Source of the DNA: an uncultured Verrucomicrobia subdivision 3 bacterium
GTDB lineage: Bacteria; Verrucomicrobiota; Verrucomicrobiia; Limisphaerales; UBA11358
Assembly: GCA_903944085.1 (NCBI GenBank)
Contig: CAJAQO010000083.1
Coordinates: 6,590 to 70,589 of the forward strand
DNA length: 64,000 nucleotides
Direction: 5' to 3'
A program made the translations under genes and the position numbers. A model generated the notes under the pieces. It saw only the letters and a list, made by a program, of their open reading frames with translations, searched no databases and was not told the origin of the DNA. Within the stretch, counting starts at the first letter, position 1, and every line of letters begins with the position of its first letter. Positions 55,560 through 64,000 of the stretch are shown one piece after another.

Positions 55560-57493
55560 TTATTGAACCGTCCACCGGCCGCGAATCATGGCTTTGATCG
55601 CGGGCGTGAGCGGCGGCAGCTTGGACATGGATTTGAAATTCATGTCAAACGCCCAGTTGCGGTTGGGCGCGTTGTAATAATTTCCGGTGGGCCGCCAGTG
55701 ATTGGTTGCCCACTGGCTGTAAAAGAGCACGACGATGGAGCCGTTGTAAGTCAGGACTTGCTGGGAACTGGAGCCGGTCGGATTTTGCCCCAGTCTTCCA
55801 GCAGGCGCATGAAATTTTCCACGCCGCCGCTGTAGTCGCCGCTGATGGTGGGGTCGGTTTGCACGATGCCTTCGAGCATCGCGGCGTTGATGGTGGTGCT
55901 GCCAGGATACGGAAGCTTATTGGTCACGCTGTCACTCCAGTTGGTGGAAAGAATGCTGATGGAATCGGCCATGAGCGCCGCCGGTTCGGTGTTGGTGGTG
56001 GTGTTGACGCCGAGCGAGGTGCCGCCGTTGAGTTGCGAATTATAATTGCCCCACACATACATCGGAAACGGCGTGGCCACGGAGAAACCGCGGGGCGTCG
56101 CCGAATTTCCCGGGTTGGGCAATTGCTGGCCATTGACCACGCGCACCGCCGGCAACTGCGCGGTGGTCAGCGCCACGCTGGTATAAACATAGACGGAACC
56201 AATGTGATTGCCGGAATGCAGCACTTTGTTCTGGTCACTGATGTAGCCGCTGTTCACGACGGTGTTGTTGGTCAGCCAGGTGTTGAGCTTGGCCATGTCA
56301 ATCTGCACAGCCTCCACCCGCTTGGGCGGCCCGCTGCCGCCGTTCCAGCCTTCGCGCCAGTCGTAAAAGACGGCGTTGGTTATCCACGAATAGCCGCAGA
56401 AGACAATGTTCGTGGTGAAGGCGGGTGCCACATAATTGGTCGAGGTGATCAAATGAGTGACCCGATTGGTCATGAGATAAAAATCATAATTGACCTGCGT
56501 CAGCCCGCCGTCTTGAAAATAAACGAACAGATTCGTGCCGGTGGGAGTCAGCGGCCCGTCGTTGGTGCCGGAAACGAAGTTGGTGATCACCAAGTCGGCA
56601 CCGTTGGCGGGATAGACAATGCCGTTGGAGGAATACGCCGCGGCCGTGCCCATGGCGAAAGCGGGCGGCGGCAGTTGAAGCAGTCCCAAAATGGCCCCGG
56701 GACTGTTATTGGTGCCGATCGGCATCACCAGCGCATTGGCATTGTTGACCGGCGCACCGCCCGCAAACGTGGCGGCACCCGAACCGTTGTAACTCAAGGC
56801 AAACGGATTGGCGACCTGCGCGGCGTTGGTGCCCACGGCGGTGACCGTGGAATTAAAAGTGCAGACCGACGAACCTTCCCAGATGTTTTGATTGCAGAAC
56901 ACCGGGCCGGTAATGAGCATGGCCGCACCCGGATCAATCTCCAAGTTGACGTTGTAGAAAATGGCGAACTGGAACAGCGGAATGGCGGCAAACTGCAGCG
57001 CCTCATGCACGGTGGCCGGAACATTGTAGGGCTGGCCACTTGGCGTGGCGGTGGCATACACATCAATGTTCTGGGCCTGGCCAAATAAACCGGAATACTG
57101 CGAATTTAATCCGACCGTGCTGCTGGCAGCCGTGCCAAAAATCACGCTGACGACGTTGGCGTTGCCATTGGTGTCGCTGTAAGTGTATTGCACTGGCCAA
57201 CTGGACTGGTCAATGCCGTTGGAGCCGGCCACCAAGCCGGTGTAGGCGGTGGAATTGGAAATGCTCGAATTGATGAAGTCGCGGTCAATCTGGCCAATCA
57301 CCCGTTCCACGGCCGCCTCGGCGGCGTTCTGGCTCATGTTATACTGGTTGTTGCGCACGGTGATCGTGGCGTTGGTGAAGGTCCACGCGAGGATGCTGGC
57401 AAAAATCACCAGGGCGACGGCCAGGAAAATGAGCGTGATGGTCAGGGCATAACCGGCAACGCCCGGGCGGAGGGATCTGGAAAAAGTTTTCAT
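55560..57493 (-). pseudogene. PilX-like minor pilin / pseudopilin-associated large protein, apparently frameshifted near 55783-55791
   Basis: The 580-aa ORF (55751..57493) has a PilX_N-like N-terminus (TM helix, then NNQYNMSQNAAEAAVERV). A further 75-codon open frame (...QNPTGSSSQQVLTYNGSIVVLFYSQWATNHW...RGRWTVQ*) continues in the -1 register down to the stop at 55560-55562. It fills an otherwise gene-free gap. Confidence 0.55.
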
Positions 57494-57502
57494 GGGTCGG
57501 TT

Positions 57503-58180
57503 TCAATCCAGCGCCCGGCGGCAGACCTTGGTGCGCAACTGATAATAGTCATACGCATTCAGGCCGCCGTTGGTGCTGACCACGGCGATGGGGTATTCCC
57601 ACTGGTAAAACTGGAGTTTGACCGAGAACACCTGGTTGTTCTGGAGGAAATTCGAGATCGTGTTGCCAAAACAATCGTTGGCGGCAAAAACATCCATGTT
57701 GGTAATGTAACTGGCCAGATTCACCGTGTTGCTGCCCGCGCTGGTCACGGAAAGCCACAACAGATTGTTTGAGGACATGCCGCCCGCGGAGTTGGTCTGC
57801 AGATAATAGATGGAATACGGCGGCGTGTAGGGCGCGGTGGCCGTGCCATTGTTCGTATAAAAAATTTGCAGTGCGTTGCCAATCGCCCCATTGGTGCCCG
57901 CAATCGGAGTGAAGTTTCCCGCGTTATCGGTGTTGCCCACTTGCAGCGTCTTGGCCTGACGGATGTCATCGCGGATCTGGTTCAGCGCCTTGCGCGAACC
58001 CTGGGTGGCGGTCAGCTTGGTCGCCGCCAGCGTATAAATCCGCAGCGCGAAAATTTGGATGGCGACGATCACGCCGACAAAGATGACCAGATAAATGCCG
58101 GCGGAAACCATCATTTCCACCAGCGTAAACGCGGCGCGGCGCGGGCGGCTGCCGGACTGAATGGGAAAAGATAATTTCAT
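57503..58180 (-). CDS. Prepilin-type N-terminal domain protein (pseudopilin / minor pilin)
   Basis: N-terminus RRAAFTLVEMMVSAGIYLVIFVGVIVAI is the class III signal/methylation motif. Overlaps the upstream gene by 4 nt. Confidence 0.72.
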   Translation of the reverse strand: MKLSFPIQSGSRPRRAAFTLVEMMVSAGIYLVIFVGVIVAIQIFALRIYTLAATKLTATQGSRKALNQIRDDIRQAKTLQVGNTDNAGNFTPIAGTNGAIGNALQIFYTNNGTATAPYTPPYSIYYLQTNSAGGMSSNNLLWLSVTSAGSNTVNLASYITNMDVFAANDCFGNTISNFLQNNQVFSVKLQFYQWEYPIAVVSTNGGLNAYDYYQLRTKVCRRALD

Positions 58181-58680
58181 TGGTCAGGCGCGCGAAAGCC
58201 AATCGCGGTGTTGGTGCAAAGTGAGCCGTCCAGCGGAAAAGTCCACACGCAGTCCGAACGGATCTGCCGCATAAACGGCTTGTCCGGACTCAGGTTGGTC
58301 AGCACGTTCATGATCGTCACAAAATTGGTGATGTAAATTGGCGACCCGCTTGTCGGCACGTCCAGCGTGTCGGTGACCGGCGGCAGATTGGTGTAGCCGA
58401 TCGAAGCCGGAAACCCCAGTTCATCGCCGGTCCCCGGCCCGAAATTGGTGTTCGGCCAGCGCACATAATTCCATTGCGCCGACTTGGCCTGTTCCAAGCC
58501 CTGCGAGGCATACGACTGCGCGGCCAGCGACATGGAACTCCATTCCGCCAGACGGTTGACCTGCACATAACCATAAATCAAACCGCTGACCACCAGGCCA
58601 AAAATAAAAAACGACACCAGCACCTCGACCAGAGTAAAACCCCGGCGCCGGCCGTTTTTCGGTATCCAATGCAAAAACAT
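58177..58680 (-). CDS. Prepilin-type N-terminal cleavage/methylation domain protein (pseudopilin / minor pilin)
   Basis: N-terminus RRGFTLVEVLVSFFIFGLVVSGLIYGY. First gene of the three-gene pilin operon. Confidence 0.75.
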   Translation of the reverse strand: MFLHWIPKNGRRRGFTLVEVLVSFFIFGLVVSGLIYGYVQVNRLAEWSSMSLAAQSYASQGLEQAKSAQWNYVRWPNTNFGPGTGDELGFPASIGYTNLPPVTDTLDVPTSGSPIYITNFVTIMNVLTNLSPDKPFMRQIRSDCVWTFPLDGSLCTNTAIGFRAPDQ

Positions 58681-58806
58681 AAGCTCAAAGGTTCAGACCA
58701 ACTGCCATAAAAGCAAGAGGCATACCACAATTTTGCCTTCAAATCCATTCGCAAATCGTGACGGTTGGACCACGGGTTGTCCCACAGTTTGACAGAATTG
58801 TCGCTT

Positions 58807-59436
58807 TCAAAACATCCGCCGCGCCGGCGCTTTCACAAAACTTGTCGGCCGCAGATACACCGGTTCCAATTGTTCGCCTCGCACAAAATCCGTCCGCCCC
58901 GCTGCCAGCCGCGCCACCATCGCCGCGCTGGGAAACAAAACGTGCGCCATTTCCGGCCCCGCGCAAATTTCTCCCGCCGCCTGACGCCGCGTCACCGCCG
59001 CCGCCGGCACAATCGCCAGCGGTGAAATTTCTGCGCGCTGCTCACCAGAAATTTCCCATGTTGCCAGATAAAATTCCCCGCGCTGCGCATCCACCACCAC
59101 GTTCATCCGTCCGAAAATTTTCGCCGCCTGCGCCTGCGCCGCCAGACTCTCCGCGCTGCTCACGCCAAGCAGCTTGACGCCGCGCGCCAGTTGCCAGCCC
59201 TGCGCCACCGCAATCGCCGCGCGGATGCCGGTGTAGCTGCCCGGCCCCAAGCCGACCGCGATCACCGCGATTTCCTCCCGCGAAATTTTTGACTGCGCCA
59301 GAACTTTTTCGATCAGGACCAGCGCATTCGTGGACCGGCCGCCGCCGCCCTCGACCGCTTCGGCGAGAACTGCGCCGGCGCGCGCCAGCGCCACGCTCCG
59401 CCGCGCCGAGGAAAATTCAAGCGCCAAAATCGTCAT
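58807..59436 (-). CDS. tsaB: tRNA t6A37 biosynthesis protein TsaB
   Basis: Trimmed to MTILALEFSSARRSVALA... Contains VGLGPGSYTGIRAAIAVAQG. Overlaps the tsaE stop by 20 nt. Confidence 0.82.
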   Translation of the reverse strand: MTILALEFSSARRSVALARAGAVLAEAVEGGGGRSTNALVLIEKVLAQSKISREEIAVIAVGLGPGSYTGIRAAIAVAQGWQLARGVKLLGVSSAESLAAQAQAAKIFGRMNVVVDAQRGEFYLATWEISGEQRAEISPLAIVPAAAVTRRQAAGEICAGPEMAHVLFPSAAMVARLAAGRTDFVRGEQLEPVYLRPTSFVKAPARRMF

Positions 59437-59848
59437 AAATAATTTTGCGTTCCGTCTCGCCGACAATTTCAATCTTCACATTTTTCAAATCCGCAATCTG
59501 TAATCCGCAATCCGCAATCCGCTCCGCCCATTCCATCACGGCCGCGCCGTCGGGGTTAAAAAATTCCTCGATGCCCGCGCTCAAAATCTGCTCCGCTGTT
59601 TCCAGCCGGTATAAATCCAGATGAAACAGTGTCAGCCGTCCGCCGCCGTATTCGTTCACCAGCGTGAACGTCGGCGAATGCACGCGGCCGGAAATTCCCA
59701 GCCCGCGCGCCAGCCCGCGCACGAACTGCGTCTTGCCCGCGCCGAGATCGCCGCTCAAGGCGATGACCCAGCCGGACGAGGCCGCGCGGCCAAACTTTTC
59801 ACCGAGCGCTTCCGTTTCCGCCGGACTATGCGAAATGAACGTAGCCAT
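59417..59848 (-). CDS. tsaE: tRNA t6A37 biosynthesis ATPase TsaE
   Basis: P-loop LSGDLGAGKTQFVRGLARGLG, plus SPTFTLVNEY and HLDLYRL. Confidence 0.85.
   Translation of the reverse strand: MATFISHSPAETEALGEKFGRAASSGWVIALSGDLGAGKTQFVRGLARGLGISGRVHSPTFTLVNEYGGGRLTLFHLDLYRLETAEQILSAGIEEFFNPDGAAVMEWAERIADCGLQIADLKNVKIEIVGETERKIIYDDFGA
59487..59521. repeat. Tandem heptamer array (AATCCGC AATCTGT AATCCGC x3) inside tsaE
   Basis: Read directly. Encodes RIADCGLQIADL near the TsaE C-terminus. No obvious inverted partner arm. Confidence 0.88.
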
Positions 59849-60758
59849 GCGCGTTGAATTTGTGCGAGCTTGTTTTGTCGCGGATCAAAATGCCTTCGCC
59901 GGCAATGATTTTCCCGATGCAGCTCAATTTTAATTTTGGAAATTTCTTCCGCCACGCGTCCAGCAGTTTCACCGCGTCTTTGCTGGCGACGGTGAACAGC
60001 AGTTCAAAATCCTCGCCGTCCGTCAGCGCCGCCACGAACGCGGGTTTCGCCGCCGAATTTTCCTTCGCCCGCAATTTCGCCGCGCGCGACACCGGCACCG
60101 CCGATTTCAAAATTTCCGCGCCAACCTTGCTGGCCGCCAAAATGTGGCGCAAATCACCGCCCAAGCCGTCGCTTAAATCCATCAGCGCGTGAACTGAAAA
60201 ATGTTCCGCCAGCCAGCGCGCTTCGGCGAGGCGAGGCTCGAACTCCAAATGTTTTTCCGCCAGTGAGCCGCCAAGTTCGCCGGTCACAAAAATCGCGTCG
60301 CCCACTTTCGCGCCGCTGCGCAAAATCTGTTTTCCGCGCGGCACGGTGCCGAGCAGTGCGATGGAAATTAAAATCCGCTCGGGGTTCGTCGTCGTTTCGC
60401 CGCCGACAATCGCCACGCCGGTTTTTTCCGCGAGCGCGTTCAGGCCGTCATAAATTTTCGCGATGAATTCCGCGTCAAATTTTTCCGGCAGCGCAATCGT
60501 CACCAGCGCCGCGGTCGGCGTGCCCGCCATCGCCGCGATGTCGCTTAAGCACCGCGCGAGCGCCTTGCGTCCGATTTTTTCCGGCGGCGTTTCAGCTGTG
60601 AAATGAATGCCTTCGACGACCGCATCGGTCTTGAACAAAATCAATTTTTCCGGCACGCCGAGATCCAGCACCGCGCAGTCGTCGCCCGCGCCGGTCACGA
60701 CGGTTTCATTCGTCGGCAGCGATTTGGTCAGGCGCGCGATGAGTTCGAATTCGTTCAT
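59826..60758 (-). CDS. thiL: Thiamine-monophosphate kinase
   Basis: Trimmed to MNEFELIARLTK... (ATGA overlap with the upstream CPBP gene). Blocks GDDCAVL, DAVVEGIHF and VGGETT. Confidence 0.88.
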   Translation of the reverse strand: MNEFELIARLTKSLPTNETVVTGAGDDCAVLDLGVPEKLILFKTDAVVEGIHFTAETPPEKIGRKALARCLSDIAAMAGTPTAALVTIALPEKFDAEFIAKIYDGLNALAEKTGVAIVGGETTTNPERILISIALLGTVPRGKQILRSGAKVGDAIFVTGELGGSLAEKHLEFEPRLAEARWLAEHFSVHALMDLSDGLGGDLRHILAASKVGAEILKSAVPVSRAAKLRAKENSAAKPAFVAALTDGEDFELLFTVASKDAVKLLDAWRKKFPKLKLSCIGKIIAGEGILIRDKTSSHKFNAHGYVHFA

Positions 60759-61471
60759 CGGGATTGCGTGAACAGAATGACCAGGTTGGCCGTGTTGAAC
60801 AGGCTGTGCGCCGCGATCGGCGCGAGCAGGCAGTCGGTTTTTTCGTAAAGCCAGGTGAACACCAGCGCCAGCGCGAAGAGCGGCACGAACGACGGCGCGT
60901 TGAAGTGGATGAGCGCGAACAGAAAACTCACGCCGAACCACGCGAGCTTCGGCCAGCCCCGTTGCTTGATGAACGGAAACAGCACGCCGCGAAAAATAAA
61001 TTCCTCGGCGACGGGCGCGAGCACCATCGCAAAAAAGGCGAGATAGCCGCGCAGCCAAAACGATTTCGCGTGGGCGAGCAGTTCCACGGCGCGCTGGTTT
61101 TCCGGCGGCCAGCCGAGTTTTTCCAGCGCGAGCGCCGAGCCATACTGCAACCCCAAAACCACCGGCAATGCCAGCGCCAGCACGCCGGCGGCGAGCAGCA
61201 GGGCTTTTTTCAATTTTACGTTGCGGAAACCGAAGGCGTCGCGCCAGTGCGTGTCATGCTGTTTCAGAAAAATGAAAATCAGAAACCACGCCGCGCCCTG
61301 GAAACTCAGCGTCGCCACCAAAATGTTGGCGAAGCTGTCCGGCGATTTGAACGCCGGCACGCCCGCCTGCCGCAACAGCCCCGCTGTCACCACGCCGAGA
61401 CACAGGCAGACGAACACGCCCGCGACCAGTTGGATCACGGCTTCGGCCCGCCACGGTTTTGGCGACAACAT
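60755..61471 (-). CDS. CPBP family intramembrane glutamic endopeptidase (CAAX protease-like)
   Basis: Motifs APVAEEFIFRGVLFP and FALIHF, with a polytopic membrane profile. Confidence 0.8.
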   Translation of the reverse strand: MLSPKPWRAEAVIQLVAGVFVCLCLGVVTAGLLRQAGVPAFKSPDSFANILVATLSFQGAAWFLIFIFLKQHDTHWRDAFGFRNVKLKKALLLAAGVLALALPVVLGLQYGSALALEKLGWPPENQRAVELLAHAKSFWLRGYLAFFAMVLAPVAEEFIFRGVLFPFIKQRGWPKLAWFGVSFLFALIHFNAPSFVPLFALALVFTWLYEKTDCLLAPIAAHSLFNTANLVILFTQSR

Positions 61472-61553
61472 ATTTTCAGCCTAGCGCAGCCGCGCGCGCG
61501 AGACGACGTAAAATTATTCGCGGCTAGGCGCTCTTTACGGCATTTTTATCGAA

Positions 61554-63653
<2,100 letters not shown>

Positions 63654-63747
63654 CGCGGTTGTGACTGCGGAAAACGGCGCTCATCAAGTGCCGCTGCAAT
63701 TTTTCCGTTCGTGTATTTCGCGCATTTCGCGGTTAAAATTTTTCCGG

Positions 63748-64000
63748 CATGGATGATTTTGAAACCAGATTTGGCGGCATCGCGCGGCTTTACGGCCAAA
63801 GCGGACTGCAAAAATTGCGCGCCGCACACGTCGGCGTCATCGGCATCGGCGGCGTCGGCACGTGGGCGGCGGAAGCGCTCGCCCGCTCCGGCGTCGGCGC
63901 GCTGACGCTCGTGGACTTGGATGAAGTCTGCGTGACCAACATCAACCGCCAGCTGCACGCGCTCACGGAAACCGTCGGCCGCGCCAAAGTCGAGGTCATG
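63748..64000 (+). CDS. tcdA: tRNA threonylcarbamoyladenosine dehydratase (TcdA/CsdL, ThiF family), 5' fragment running off the window
   Basis: Hand translation from the ATG at 63748 gives MDDFETRFGGIARLYGQSGLQKLRAAHVGVIGIGGVGTWAAEALARSGVGALTLVDLDEVCVTNINRQ. This has the ThiF-type GxGxxG and DxD..NRQ motifs. No stop before the window end. Confidence 0.8.

Noticed and set aside
55407-55835. 142-aa plus-strand ORF filling the gap downstream of the pilin cluster.
   Set aside because: Its composition is Arg/Ala/Gly-rich and it is antisense to the continuation frame of the PilX-like gene. That continuation frame gives a much more protein-like translation, so the frameshift explanation is favoured.

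Overview
GC-rich bacterial chromosomal segment. The gene content suggests a PVC-group organism, probably Verrucomicrobiota-like. That placement is an inference from PEP-CTERM sorting signals of the VPD type, an exosortase, prepilin-type pseudopilins and GspG-like C-terminal tails.

Layout:
- 1-14.6 kb: a co-directional surface-glycan/exosortase locus. It holds five glycosyltransferases, a Wzm/Wzt-type ABC exporter, a DUF218 protein, a beta-barrel protein, an exosortase, a PrsT-like TPR lipoprotein and a PEP-CTERM substrate gene.
- 14.7-22.6 kb: an ArfB-like release-factor domain protein, a Tat-signal Fe-S aldo/keto reductase, a second PEP-CTERM gene, a FucP/GluP-type sugar MFS transporter, and a tight PD40 / DUF2085 / B12-radical-SAM operon.
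- 22.6-34.7 kb: dinG-like helicase, hexose-6-P mutarotase, an MFS transporter, mutS, amtB-glnK, an SDR epimerase, ppx/gppA, sixA and a DUF721 (DciA-like) gene.
- 34.8-44.5 kb: an ECF sigma/anti-sigma pair with a 591-aa membrane protein, a beta-CASP MBL nuclease, pilC/gspF, a porin-like protein, metF, an orphan radical SAM gene and tRNA-Gln(UUG).
- 44.8-52.5 kb, minus strand: mreB-mreC-mreD-mrdA-rodA-RNase E/G.
- 52.7-64 kb: a TPR-LysM lipoprotein, an orphan ABC ATPase, a three-gene minor-pilin cluster whose largest gene looks frameshifted, tsaB-tsaE-thiL-CPBP protease, a DUF255/YyaL thioredoxin-domain protein, and the start of tcdA.

The most unusual signal is not a gene. At least 14 short elements are built from tandem 6-8-nt units, mostly heptamers, and are usually arranged as two inverted arms around a 14-32-nt GC-rich spacer. 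Several sit in frame inside conserved housekeeping genes: mutS (twice, one directly before the Walker A loop), the dinG-like helicase, the DUF2085 gene, tsaE and the yyaL-like gene. Others supply start or stop codons or occupy divergent promoters. One is flanked by an 8-bp direct repeat, as a target-site duplication would be. No CRISPR array, rRNA, transposase or integrase gene was seen.
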